Assembly: GCA_003208875.1 (NCBI GenBank)
Contig: QCUR01000005.1
Location: forward strand, 84,434-148,433
DNA: 64,000 nt
Direction of reading: 5' to 3'
Source: Prochlorococcus sp. AG-679-M23
GTDB lineage: Bacteria > Cyanobacteriota > Cyanobacteriia > PCC-6307 > Cyanobiaceae
Shown: piece after piece, positions 41,759 through 51,823 of the stretch
How the letters are laid out: every line of letters starts with the position of its first letter
Position numbering within the stretch: position 1 is the first letter of the stretch
Translations under genes and position numbers: made by a program
Notes under the pieces: generated by a model
The model's input: only the letters and a program-made list of their open reading frames with translations
What the model was told of the DNA's origin: nothing
Databases searched by the model: none

Positions 41759-44700
41759 TTATGCAATCATAGATTTCAAATTTACTTGAAAAGACTTATC
41801 AGAAAGTAATTTCGAAACACCGAGAATATCTCCAACACAAAATTGATCTCCAAACTTAACATAAGTTATAGAGTCATTATTTCTAACAGCAGCTAATACT
41901 GGAATTTTAATTCCACATTTATCTCTATCTGGTTTAAATTTAACTAAGCAATCTCTTATTGTGTTTTGAATTCTTATATCTGAGGCTTGGGAACTATCAA
42001 GATTAATGACAAGTAACTTTAAGTTATCAATTTCTCTGCAGTCATCAATAATTAATTGAGTCTTATCACTTTTTTTATCAATAGTGCCCCAGACTAATAG
42101 TCTTGTATCAGTAAGTAAAAATTCAGATAATCTACAATACGTTTTAGGGAATACTATTGCCTCGCAACTTCCAGAAAGATCTTCAAGTTGAACAATAGCC
42201 ATTCTGTCGCCTTTTCTTGTTGTAATTTGCTTTAATTCTGGAATCATTCCAACTAAAGAGACTTTTGTTCTGTCGTGTGAGTTTTCTAATTGAGAGATAC
42301 TTATAGGAGAAACAAGTTTAGCTGGTTTTGCAAGATGTTTTAAAGGATGATCTGATAAATAAAAACCTAAAAGTTGCTTTTCTAATTTAAGCTTTTCTAT
42401 TAATGAGTAATCTTCAACTTTAGATCCTTGAGATAAAGAAAATTCTTTGGTATCGTTTTTACTAATTGAATCAAATAAATTTCCTTGTCCAGAAATCCGA
42501 TCACGATTACGTGAGGATGCCCATTCCATTACATATTCAAGATCTGAAAAAAGTTGAGCTCTATTACTATCTTCAGAAAATTCATCAAGGGCACCACAAT
42601 GAATTAATGATTCGAGATTCCTTTTATTTAAAATATTAGAGGGTAAACGATCGCATAAATCAGAAAACGATTTGAAAACTCCTAGTTTATTACGATTATC
42701 AATTATATTTCTTATAGCTGAATCTCCGAGATTCTTAATAGCAGATAATCCAAATAAAATTTGATCCTTTTTAATAGTAAAATCAATTCCCGATAAATTA
42801 ATACTTGGTGAAATGACTTCTATTCCCATGGAATAACAATTAGAAATATATCTCTGCATTTTGTCACTTGAACCAGCATTAACACTTAGAAGAGAAGCCA
42901 TATAAGCTACTGGATAATGTGCTTTTAAAAATGCAGTTTGGTAAGTGACTGCTCCATATGCAGTCGAGTGGCTTTTATTAAAACAATACTCAGCAAATAA
43001 AACCATTTGATCAAAAAGATCATTAGCAATTTTTTTATCTACACCTTTTTTACAGGATCCTTCAATGAAAATATTACGATGTTTAACCATCTCAGATACT
43101 TTCTTCTTTCCCATTGCTCTTCTTAACAAGTCTGCATCCCCAAGAGAATAACCTGCCAAATCTTGAGCAATTTTCATAATTTGCTCTTGATAAACCATTA
43201 TTCCGTAGGTTTCAGTGAGAATAGATTCAATGAAAGGATGAGGAAAATCTATTTTTTCACTACCATTTTTTCTATTGATAAACTTTGGTATGAGACCAGC
43301 ATCAAGAGGTCCAGGCCTATATAAAGCCAAAATAGAGGAGATATCTTCAAGAGAATTTGGCTTAAAGTCTTTAACAACTTGTTTCATCCCAGATGATTCT
43401 AATTGAAATATCCCTTCTAAATCTCCTCTTCCAATAAGATCAAAAGTTTTATTATCTTTTGGAGGTAATTGGTCGATATTTATTTTTTGTCCTGTGGAAC
43501 TTTCAATTAAAGATATAGTCTTATCTATCATTGTAAGATTTTTAAGGCCTAAGAAGTCCATTTTTAATAAACCTAACGATTCAATATCATCCATTGAATA
43601 TTGTGTAATTATTTGTCCTTCATTATTCCTCTGTAGTGGTACGAGCATATCTAAAGGATCAGATGCTATTACAACTCCTGCGGCGTGAACACCATATGTT
43701 TTATTAGTACCCTCAATTCTCAATGCCAAATCAACCCATTTTTTCACCTTAATATCTTTTAAATATTTATCCCTAAATTCAGGACTAGGAGATTTTTTAT
43801 CAATCATTTCATTCAGCTTATAAGGTTTCCCCCTTACAACTGGTATTAACTTTGCTAACTTATCTGATTCTCCATAAGGAATATCTAGAACTCTTGCAAC
43901 GTCCTTTAATACTGCTTTTGATGTCATTTTATTAAAGGTAATTATTTGCGCAACTTTATCTTCGCCATATCTGTTGGTTACATAATCAATAACTTCATTT
44001 CTCCTGTCAATACAAAAATCTGTATCAATATCAGGCATAGATTTTCTTGCTGGATTTAAGAATCTCTCAAATAATAATCCATGTTTAACTGGATCAATGT
44101 TTGTAATTTGAAGAGCATATGCTACAAGTGAACCTGCAGCAGAACCTCTGCCTGGGCCAACAGGTATAGAGCTATCTCTAGCAAATTTTATATAATCCCA
44201 CACAACTAAGAAATAGTCTGGGAAACCCATATCATCTATTATTTTTAATTCTGAAGTTAATCTTTTCTTGTAGATTTCATCGATTTCATCAAGATTATTT
44301 TTATTAAGCCTACTTAAAAGACCCTGATTAGTTATTTTGGTCAAAAATGATAAGGAGTCAGTCTCCTCTTTTAAAGGGAATTTTGGCATTCTATAGGTAC
44401 CAAACAACTCAAATTCCTCAATCTTTTGTGAAACCTCAACTGTATTATTAATTGCTTCCTCAATAGATTCTTTGTCAATATGATCGTTAAAAAGTTTAAG
44501 CATTTCATCTTCACTTTTAATATATTCTGTTCCCGTATATCTCAATCTCTTTTCGTCACTTATTAATTTTCCCGTAAGAACACAAAGTAAGGCGTCATGA
44601 GCTTCAACATCCATGTTTGAGATATAATGAGCATCATTTGTAGCAATAACTTTAATTTGGTGATCTTTACCGATTCTTATTAATTCAACATTTACAATTC

Positions 44701-45256
44701 TGTCTTCGATAGAACCATGGTCTTGTATTTCTAAATAAAAATCATCTCCAAATAATTTTTTATACCAAACAGCAATATTCTCAGCGACATCAATCCTTCC
44801 TTTTAGGATTGCTTGAGGAATCTCTCCACCTAAACATGCTGTTGAAATAATAAGACCATCATTATATTTTTCTAAAAGAGATTTATCAATACAAGGTCTA
44901 GAAAAGATACCTCTGCCCCTCATACCATTAAGATGGCTAATCGTTGTTAACTTTACAAGATTCTTATAGCCTGTATGATTTTTGGCTAATACTACCAAAT
45001 GATATCTTTTTTCCTTTTTTGGTTGAGGATCATCGATGGAACCATTGATAATGTACATTTCATTACCAATGATTGGTTTTATACCCTTACTTTTGCATTT
45101 TTTTACTAAATCAAGAACGCCATACATTACTCCATGATCGGTCAATGCAATTGAATCCATGCCAAGTTCAGAAGCTCTATCTACAATTTTCGAAACTTGA
45201 CTTGCTCCATCTAGAAGGCTGTAATCGCTATGATTATGTAGTGGAACAAAACCCAT
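41759..45256 (-). CDS. dnaE: DNA polymerase III alpha subunit (unsplit, intein-free)
   Basis: HNHSDYSLLDG, GRGSAAGS, PDIDTD, AEYCFNKSH. Confidence 0.98.
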   Translation of the reverse strand: MGFVPLHNHSDYSLLDGASQVSKIVDRASELGMDSIALTDHGVMYGVLDLVKKCKSKGIKPIIGNEMYIINGSIDDPQPKKEKRYHLVVLAKNHTGYKNLVKLTTISHLNGMRGRGIFSRPCIDKSLLEKYNDGLIISTACLGGEIPQAILKGRIDVAENIAVWYKKLFGDDFYLEIQDHGSIEDRIVNVELIRIGKDHQIKVIATNDAHYISNMDVEAHDALLCVLTGKLISDEKRLRYTGTEYIKSEDEMLKLFNDHIDKESIEEAINNTVEVSQKIEEFELFGTYRMPKFPLKEETDSLSFLTKITNQGLLSRLNKNNLDEIDEIYKKRLTSELKIIDDMGFPDYFLVVWDYIKFARDSSIPVGPGRGSAAGSLVAYALQITNIDPVKHGLLFERFLNPARKSMPDIDTDFCIDRRNEVIDYVTNRYGEDKVAQIITFNKMTSKAVLKDVARVLDIPYGESDKLAKLIPVVRGKPYKLNEMIDKKSPSPEFRDKYLKDIKVKKWVDLALRIEGTNKTYGVHAAGVVIASDPLDMLVPLQRNNEGQIITQYSMDDIESLGLLKMDFLGLKNLTMIDKTISLIESSTGQKINIDQLPPKDNKTFDLIGRGDLEGIFQLESSGMKQVVKDFKPNSLEDISSILALYRPGPLDAGLIPKFINRKNGSEKIDFPHPFIESILTETYGIMVYQEQIMKIAQDLAGYSLGDADLLRRAMGKKKVSEMVKHRNIFIEGSCKKGVDKKIANDLFDQMVLFAEYCFNKSHSTAYGAVTYQTAFLKAHYPVAYMASLLSVNAGSSDKMQRYISNCYSMGIEVISPSINLSGIDFTIKKDQILFGLSAIKNLGDSAIRNIIDNRNKLGVFKSFSDLCDRLPSNILNKRNLESLIHCGALDEFSEDSNRAQLFSDLEYVMEWASSRNRDRISGQGNLFDSISKNDTKEFSLSQGSKVEDYSLIEKLKLEKQLLGFYLSDHPLKHLAKPAKLVSPISISQLENSHDRTKVSLVGMIPELKQITTRKGDRMAIVQLEDLSGSCEAIVFPKTYCRLSEFLLTDTRLLVWGTIDKKSDKTQLIIDDCREIDNLKLLVINLDSSQASDIRIQNTIRDCLVKFKPDRDKCGIKIPVLAAVRNNDSITYVKFGDQFCVGDILGVSKLLSDKSFQVNLKSMIA

Positions 45257-45334
45257 ATTTAATTAATTTATATTTACAAGATAGAGAATATTTTAAAAAA
45301 TTCTATACTTTACTAATACAAATTAATTATTAAT

Positions 45335-46789
45335 TCAAATTTCAATATTAGGTTTAGTATTCATAACTTCAGCATTTTTTTCAAATATATTTGCAACATT
45401 CAATATTCGATGCTCCTCCAAAACATTTCCGATTAATTGAAGACCAATAGGTAAGCCCTTTTTATCAAATCCACATGGGATGCTGATAGCTGGGAGTCCA
45501 GCAAGATTTACTGGAACAGTTAAAAGATCAGACAAATACATTGATAAAGGGTCATTTACAAAATCACCTTTTAAGAATGCAGTTGTAGGACATGTAGGGG
45601 TCAATAAAACATCAACTTCATTAAAAGCATTATCAAAGTCCCTTCTAATTAAAGTTCTTACTCTTTGAGCTTTCTTGTAATACGCATCACTATACCCTGC
45701 GGACAAAGCATAGGTACCAATCAAAATTCGTCTTTGTACTTCATCCCCAAAACCTTCAGCTCTACTCTTAGATATCATCTCTAATAAATTAGACTCACCT
45801 TCTGATCTGTATCCATATTTAACCCCATCATATCTTGCTAAATTAGCTGAAGCCTCACACGGAGCAATAACATAATAAGTTGCTATACCATCATTAAATC
45901 TTGGACACTTTATGTCGTGAATTTCAGCACCCAAAGATCTGAATCTCTCAACACTAGATAAAACTGATTCCTTAACTTCAGGATCAAGTCCTGGATGGTC
46001 AAAACATTCTTCGATAATGCCTATTTTAATACCTTTAATAGATTTATCTAAATCTGACAAGTAATTAGGAACTGGTTTGTCCAGACATGTTGAATCAAGA
46101 TTATCCTTGCCAGAAATTGAATAAAGGATCTCAGCAGCATCAGAAACAGTATTTGTAATTGGACCTATTTGATCAAGAGAACTTGCAAATGCAATTAGCC
46201 CCCATCTGCTTACTCTTCCGTATGTGGGTTTTAGACCTACAACTCCACAAAAAGATGCTGGTTGTCTTATGGAGCCTCCAGTATCTGATCCAATAGCGGC
46301 CAAGCATAAACCAGCAGCTACTGAAGCGGCACTACCACCAGAACTTCCCCCAGGTACTCTATTTAAATCCCATGGATTTGATGTTGTTCCAAAGACGGAA
46401 GTCTCAGTCGAACTTCCCATTGCAAATTCATCTAAATTAGTTTTTCCTAAGCAAATAGCCCCTGATGACCATAATTTACCTGTCGCAGAAGACTCGTATG
46501 GAGAAACAAAGTCTTTAAGCATTTTACTTGAACAAGAGGTAACAACTCCCTTCGTACAAATATTATCTTTAATCGCAATCGGTATACCCGCAAGCAAAGG
46601 AGGTTTTTGATTATTAGTAATTAATTTATCAATATTTTCAGATTGAGAATTAGCAATGTTTTTTGTTAGACAAGTATAAGCATTTATTTTTGGATTTAAT
46701 GAATCAATTTTTAAAAAGAAATCGTTTACTAATTCTTTAACTGAAGCATTTCCACTATATATTTCCTTTCTAAAAGAATTAAAGTTCAT
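45335..46789 (-). CDS. gatA: Asp/Glu-tRNA amidotransferase subunit A
   Basis: [25 protein letters not shown]. Confidence 0.97.
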   Translation of the reverse strand: MNFNSFRKEIYSGNASVKELVNDFFLKIDSLNPKINAYTCLTKNIANSQSENIDKLITNNQKPPLLAGIPIAIKDNICTKGVVTSCSSKMLKDFVSPYESSATGKLWSSGAICLGKTNLDEFAMGSSTETSVFGTTSNPWDLNRVPGGSSGGSAASVAAGLCLAAIGSDTGGSIRQPASFCGVVGLKPTYGRVSRWGLIAFASSLDQIGPITNTVSDAAEILYSISGKDNLDSTCLDKPVPNYLSDLDKSIKGIKIGIIEECFDHPGLDPEVKESVLSSVERFRSLGAEIHDIKCPRFNDGIATYYVIAPCEASANLARYDGVKYGYRSEGESNLLEMISKSRAEGFGDEVQRRILIGTYALSAGYSDAYYKKAQRVRTLIRRDFDNAFNEVDVLLTPTCPTTAFLKGDFVNDPLSMYLSDLLTVPVNLAGLPAISIPCGFDKKGLPIGLQLIGNVLEEHRILNVANIFEKNAEVMNTKPNIEI

Positions 46790-46821
46790 ATCAAAATCGA
46801 AAAATTAAATAGAATTAGTTA

Positions 46822-47064
46822 TCAAACAGTTAATGGTTCTTCTTTATTACATCTAACAATATTGTGTTTAATATCTTTTGAACCCTCTTCTGAAAGATCA
46901 GAAAGAAATTTTTCTAGATTTTCGTTAAGACCACGTTTTGTAAGAAATGGACCATACCAATAAGTTACTGAAGGGGTTCCAGTTTCAACTTTTGCCCACC
47001 AAGCTAAACCAAGTTTGTTACCTAAATTTCTAATCAATTTTTTTGGCCTTCTTTTAAAGACCAT
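46822..47064 (-). CDS. DUF1816-like protein
   Basis: AWWAKVET..P..TYWYGPF. Confidence 0.8.
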   Translation of the reverse strand: MVFKRRPKKLIRNLGNKLGLAWWAKVETGTPSVTYWYGPFLTKRGLNENLEKFLSDLSEEGSKDIKHNIVRCNKEEPLTV

Positions 47065-47165
47065 AAATTCTTGTTAAATTCTATACAATTTTTTACTATT
47101 TATTCAAGTAATGTTGATTAAATAAATAAATATATTGAAATAATGATATTTACTAGATAATTTAA

Positions 47166-48407
47166 TTAATTATTTGATAAATAACATAAGGAAATAGCAG
47201 CGGCTACGGATGCATTCAAGCTCGAAGTTTTACCCTTAAGAGGAATTTTAAGTAAATAATCACATTTTTTTTGGACTAGCAAAGAGATTCCTTTATTTTC
47301 TGCTCCAACTATTACAACAAAAGGAGCTTTTTCCTTAAATTCTGAAATAAGAACTTGACCATCTCCAGACAAACCAATAATGATAAACCCCTTTTTCTTT
47401 AATTCATCAATAGCTCTATTTAGATTTACTACTCTGCTTACCGGTATATGCTCTAATGCTCCAGCAGCAACTTTTGCAACAGTTCCAGTTAAACCTGCAG
47501 ATCTTCTTTGAGGAACAATAATACCTTTGCAATCAAAAGCTTCTGCTGATCTAATAATTGCACCAAAGTTGTGAGGATCTGTCACACCATCCAATGCAAC
47601 AATAATAGGATTAGAGGATTTACTTTTCGATATATCAATTAATTTTTCTAAAGATATTGACTCGGTAGAAGCATGTTGTAATGCAACTCCTTGATGAACG
47701 GCTCCGGATGTTAGTTGAGAGAGTCTAGACCAAGTCACCTCTTCTATTAAAACGCCTTTTGACTTAAGGTCTTTTAATAATAGGTAAAATTTTTCTGAAG
47801 AAAAAATTTCAGATGTACACCAAATTCTATTGATTGGTCTTTCACTTTTTAAAGCAGCAAAAACAGAATGCTTACCCCAAATCCAGTCTTCAAAATTTCT
47901 TTCATTTTGACTCAATTGAAATTTTTTTGAACTTTTTTCAGAATAATTTTCAGTTTGTGAATCGTTAGAGGAAAATCTTGTTTGTGATTGATTAAAACTA
48001 TTTCTAGGTTTTTCTTTTGATTTTAAGTAGCTGTATTCGTTACTTTTAATATCATCTTTTCTTTCGTAATCGTCTCTTCTTTTAAAATTATCTCTTCTTT
48101 TAAAATCGTCTCTTCTATTAAAATCATCTCGCCTTTTAAAATTATCTCTTCTATTAAAATCGTCTCTTCTATTAGAACCGTCCCGCCTTTTAAAATTATC
48201 TTTTCTATTGAAATCATCTTTTCTTTCGTAATCGTCTCTTCTTTTAAAATTATCTCTTCTATTAGAATCGTCTCGCCTTTTAAAAGTATCTCTTGTATTT
48301 AAATCATTTCCTTTTTTAAAATTATTTTTTGATTGTGATCTTCTATTTTCTGTATTATTCTTTTTTGTTGAATAATTATCTTTTGAAAAGTTTTTCATAA
48401 ATTTCAT
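47166..48407 (-). CDS. rlmB: 23S rRNA Gm2251 2'-O-methyltransferase with repetitive N-terminal extension
   Basis: HQGV, DGVTDPHNFGAIIRSA, GAE..G, SLNASVA. Confidence 0.95.
   Translation of the reverse strand: MKFMKNFSKDNYSTKKNNTENRRSQSKNNFKKGNDLNTRDTFKRRDDSNRRDNFKRRDDYERKDDFNRKDNFKRRDGSNRRDDFNRRDNFKRRDDFNRRDDFKRRDNFKRRDDYERKDDIKSNEYSYLKSKEKPRNSFNQSQTRFSSNDSQTENYSEKSSKKFQLSQNERNFEDWIWGKHSVFAALKSERPINRIWCTSEIFSSEKFYLLLKDLKSKGVLIEEVTWSRLSQLTSGAVHQGVALQHASTESISLEKLIDISKSKSSNPIIVALDGVTDPHNFGAIIRSAEAFDCKGIIVPQRRSAGLTGTVAKVAAGALEHIPVSRVVNLNRAIDELKKKGFIIIGLSGDGQVLISEFKEKAPFVVIVGAENKGISLLVQKKCDYLLKIPLKGKTSSLNASVAAAISLCYLSNN
48045..48296 (-). repeat. 14 imperfect 18-bp tandem units within rlmB
   Basis: Encodes TRDTFK RRDDSN RRDNFK RRDDYE RKDDFN RKDNFK RRDGSN RRDDFN RRDNFK RRDDFN RRDDFK RRDNFK RRDDYE RKDDIK. 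Confidence 0.95.
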
Positions 48408-48410
48408 AGC

Positions 48411-48803
48411 TTATTTACACTCTAGGTATTCAAAAAATTTAGACAATCTTTTAGGGTCTTTTAGAAATAACCAACCAACTAAAGCTTCAAAACCTGTTGC
48501 TCTTGAATAGATAGCAGGATCTGAAGATTTTGGAAATCTCTTTGTTTTATTTCTGGCTCGTCTTATTAAATTAATTTCAAATGAATTTAATAAATGTTCA
48601 ATTTTATCTAATGCTTTAGATTGAGCTTGGGCTTTTACTTCATTAACAACTGAAAGATGAAGATCTCTTGATTTTAATGGGATATGAATATGGCGTAATC
48701 TTTGATGTAACTCCCATACAGAATCCCCTAGCCAAGCTAGTTGAATAACACCTATTTCATCAGGAGAACCATGAGGGGCAAGATTTTGTATCCAATAATT
48801 CAA
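48411..48803 (-). CDS. mrnC: Mini-ribonuclease III
   Basis: LAWLGDSVWEL, RRARN, YSRATGFEALVGWL; no dsRBD; TTG start. Confidence 0.88.
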   Translation of the reverse strand: MNYWIQNLAPHGSPDEIGVIQLAWLGDSVWELHQRLRHIHIPLKSRDLHLSVVNEVKAQAQSKALDKIEHLLNSFEINLIRRARNKTKRFPKSSDPAIYSRATGFEALVGWLFLKDPKRLSKFFEYLECK

Positions 48804-49168
48804 TGCTTCAAATAGAGCAATGCTTCTTGAAGAGTAGCTTTCAAATTAAGAAAGTCTGCTAATCTTACTAGTTTTATAGTTTGAGCAACTCTAGAATTCC
48901 CAACTACAGAAAACCCTAGTTTAAGTTTTTTGCATTCCTTGGAAGTTTGAACAAGGGCACCTAAACCAGATGAATCAAGGAAATCAATTTTACTTAAATC
49001 AATTACAAATGACAGAGGTTCTTTTTTAAGGGTATTGGTAATAAAAGTTTTAAATTGTTTTTCAGAAAAAGCATCTAATTGCCCTTTTAGAGTAAAAACA
49101 ATAATATTTGACTTTATTTCAATGTTGCCTCTTAAAGAAACAGTTAACTTTTGAAAATCTTCTATGAT
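48800..49168 (-). CDS. STAS-domain anti-sigma factor antagonist, non-canonical start (not in ORF track)
   Basis: Manual translation ..KLTVSLRG..FTLKGQLDAFS..VIDLSKIDFLDSSGLGALV..VAQTIKLVRL; GGAGGG upstream of ATC/ATA. Confidence 0.88.
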   Translation of the reverse strand: MIEDFQKLTVSLRGNIEIKSNIIVFTLKGQLDAFSEKQFKTFITNTLKKEPLSFVIDLSKIDFLDSSGLGALVQTSKECKKLKLGFSVVGNSRVAQTIKLVRLADFLNLKATLQEALLYLKH

Positions 49169-49231
49169 TTTATCCCTCCAAAAAAATTTAATTTTCTAAT
49201 TGTAATTATCAAATCAAAAAGAATCGATATG

Positions 49232-50371
49232 TCAACATCTCTCTAACATTAGAGAAACAAATTTTTCAAATAAATAATCTGAGTCATGAGGACCAGGACT
49301 TGCTTCTGGGTGATATTGAACACTAAATATAGGCTTATTTATAAGTTTCAATCCTGCTACAGTTTTATCATTAAGATTTAAGTGGGTTATCTCAACAATC
49401 TTCTTGGATAAAGAATTTGGATCTAAAGCAAATCCATGATTCTGACTTGTTATTTCAATATTATTATTCTTACCACAAGGATGATTTAATCCACGATGTC
49501 CAAAGGGTAATTTATAAGTTTTTCCACCTAATGCTAAACCAAATATTTGATGACCAAGACAAATACCAAACATAGGTATTTTTCCATAATCTATTAATAA
49601 TTTAGCTAAATCAATTCCATCAATAACAGATGAAGGATCCCCTGGACCATTCGAGAAAAATATTCCATCAGGATTATGACTTAAAACATCTTCAAAAGAA
49701 GAATTTGTAGGCAAAACCAATATTTCACATCCATGAGAAACTAATCTATTGAGAATTGATTTTTTAATACCAAAATCAATCGCGACAATTTTGAATTTAT
49801 TTATATTATTATGTGGTCTTTCTCTTACATCAAAATCAGTCATGGTAGCTTCTTTAGATATATAATTTTCCTTTGTTGAAACTTCTTTGGCTAAATTTAA
49901 ACCTTGCATATTAGGAGTATTAGAAATAATTTCAAGACAACTATTAAGGTCATTATTTTCTGTAGTGATAAGTCCATTCATAGAACCATTAGATCTTAAG
50001 ATCTTAACAAGAGCTCTTGTATCAATTCCATAAAGTCCAATAATATTTTTTTCTATTAGCCACTGATTAAAGTTTAATTTAGATCTCCAATTACTATTAT
50101 TATTTGAAAAATTACGAACAATTAAGCCTCTGACAGTAATGTCTGATTCTGAATCTTCAAAATTTATTCCTGTATTTCCAATCTCTGGATAAGTAAATGT
50201 AAGGATCTGGCCAAAATAACTTGGGTCAGTAATTACTTCCTGATAACCAGTCATACCAGTATTGAAAACAATTTCACCAACAGTTGAACCCATCGCACCA
50301 AATGAATAACCAGTAAAAGTAATCCCGTTACTCAAAACAAGTTTTGCATTTTTCTTAAAAGGATGATTCAT
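49232..50371 (-). CDS. carA: Carbamoyl-phosphate synthase small subunit
   Basis: FNTGMTGYQE, SNGPGDP, GICLGHQ, QYHPEASPGP. Confidence 0.98.
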   Translation of the reverse strand: MNHPFKKNAKLVLSNGITFTGYSFGAMGSTVGEIVFNTGMTGYQEVITDPSYFGQILTFTYPEIGNTGINFEDSESDITVRGLIVRNFSNNNSNWRSKLNFNQWLIEKNIIGLYGIDTRALVKILRSNGSMNGLITTENNDLNSCLEIISNTPNMQGLNLAKEVSTKENYISKEATMTDFDVRERPHNNINKFKIVAIDFGIKKSILNRLVSHGCEILVLPTNSSFEDVLSHNPDGIFFSNGPGDPSSVIDGIDLAKLLIDYGKIPMFGICLGHQIFGLALGGKTYKLPFGHRGLNHPCGKNNNIEITSQNHGFALDPNSLSKKIVEITHLNLNDKTVAGLKLINKPIFSVQYHPEASPGPHDSDYLFEKFVSLMLERC

Positions 50372-50385
50372 AAAATAAATATTTC

Positions 50386-51417
50386 TTATGATTCAAGGTA
50401 GTTTTTCAAAAGCAAAAATTTATCCCAAGGTTCTGCTTTACTCATTGAGAATAAAGCTTTTTTAAATCCCTTTTCAATATCATCTTCAATTCCTGCGACC
50501 CATAGTACTAATGCTGTATTTAAAGCGACTACATCCAAATGCGCCTTTTGACCTGAACCATTCAAAACAGATTTTAATATGTCTTCATAAGACGCATCGT
50601 TTGACACAATTAAATCTTTATTTGAAGTGTTTTGATAATTAAAGTCAGAGACATTTATTTTTGAATGTTTAAGCTTACCTTTATCTACAAATATTATATT
50701 GTTATCTCCTTCTAATGAAGCCTCATCTAAACCACCATATCCATGAACAACGATAGCTCTATCCATTTTCATTCTGCTCAAAGCAGAAGCCATAGGGTTA
50801 AGTAATTCATCAGAAGCAACTCCTAAAACTTGAGCATTAGGTCTTAAAGGATTTACTAAAGGACCTAGTTGGTTAAAAACAGTTCTTATGCCAAGAGCCT
50901 TTCTCAAAGGAGCTAATTTAATTAATGATTTATGCCAAACAGGAGCAAATAAGAAAGTTATCCCAATTTGATCTATTGAAGAAATAACCTTTTCTAAAGT
51001 GGAATTTAAATTAATCCCAAGATTTAATAAAACATCTGCCGAGCCAACTTTTCCACTTGCACTTTTATTTCCGTGTTTTGCAATATTTACACCACATGAT
51101 GAGGCAACAAAAGCAACAGCAGTAGAAATATTAAAAGTATTAGCTCCATCACCTCCGGTACCACAAGTATCAACCATAAACAAATTGGGACGTTCGACAG
51201 GCAATTTACAAGCATTCAAAAGTACATCTGCCATAGAAGATAATTCGATTCCTGTAGCTCCTTTAGCTCTCAATGCACTCAAAAAAGCACCTGTTTGAAC
51301 CTCCAATATTTCATCATTTAGCCATCTTTTCATTAAGGTATTTGATGTTTCAGCATCAAGGTCTTGCCCATATAATAATTGGTTTAGAATTTCAGAATTT
51401 GATTTAGTAATAGACAT
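50386..51417 (-). CDS. trpD: Anthranilate phosphoribosyltransferase
   Basis: [21 protein letters not shown]. Confidence 0.97.
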   Translation of the reverse strand: MSITKSNSEILNQLLYGQDLDAETSNTLMKRWLNDEILEVQTGAFLSALRAKGATGIELSSMADVLLNACKLPVERPNLFMVDTCGTGGDGANTFNISTAVAFVASSCGVNIAKHGNKSASGKVGSADVLLNLGINLNSTLEKVISSIDQIGITFLFAPVWHKSLIKLAPLRKALGIRTVFNQLGPLVNPLRPNAQVLGVASDELLNPMASALSRMKMDRAIVVHGYGGLDEASLEGDNNIIFVDKGKLKHSKINVSDFNYQNTSNKDLIVSNDASYEDILKSVLNGSGQKAHLDVVALNTALVLWVAGIEDDIEKGFKKALFSMSKAEPWDKFLLLKNYLES

Positions 51418-51446
51418 TTATCTTTAGTGGATTTATGGTTTTTAGC

Positions 51447-51743
51447 TCAATTCGAAGTATCAAAACCGGAACCGACTAAATCTTTATTCGTATTTGAAGG
51501 TCTAAAATTATTTGACCATAATTTTATAGTCTTTAAAAAAAGATTATCCTTTGTTATGTTCCAAAATTTTAGTGTTTTTTCAATATCGTCTTTAATCTCT
51601 ATTTCACCAGGAAAATTATCATATCTATTAATTAATCTAGCTAAATTAATAAAGTCAAAATCTTCTGGTATCTCCTTAGATATAAGAGAATCTATAATCT
51701 TTTTATCAGTTGCATGCAAAGGATGAGTTTGTTCATTGCTCAT
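51447..51743 (-). CDS. DUF3288-like protein
   Basis: QTHPL..D...LARL..RY..FPG...W; start ATG 51743 or 51761. Confidence 0.75.
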   Translation of the reverse strand: MSNEQTHPLHATDKKIIDSLISKEIPEDFDFINLARLINRYDNFPGEIEIKDDIEKTLKFWNITKDNLFLKTIKLWSNNFRPSNTNKDLVGSGFDTSN

Positions 51744-51823
51744 AATAAAAAACGAAATCATTTATCAAAGTAGCTCACATATTCGAAAATGAAACATTAT
51801 CTTAATCATATGGGAATTTTTAA

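Noticed and set aside
46224..46610. 128-aa plus-strand ORF and similar shadow ORFs (e.g. 4564-4794, 12030-12254, 17025-17345, 18569-18862, 29784-30062, 50999-51298, 52768-53067)
   Set aside because: Fully antisense to well-supported conserved genes
48045..48296. Possible CRISPR array or separate repeat ORF (48023-48217)
   Set aside because: Units are contiguous 18-mers with no unique spacers and no cas genes nearby; they are in frame within rlmB, and the alternate-frame ORF is a by-product of the repeat
51427..51726. 99-aa plus-strand ORF
   Set aside because: Antisense to the DUF3288-like gene, which has the recognisable family pattern
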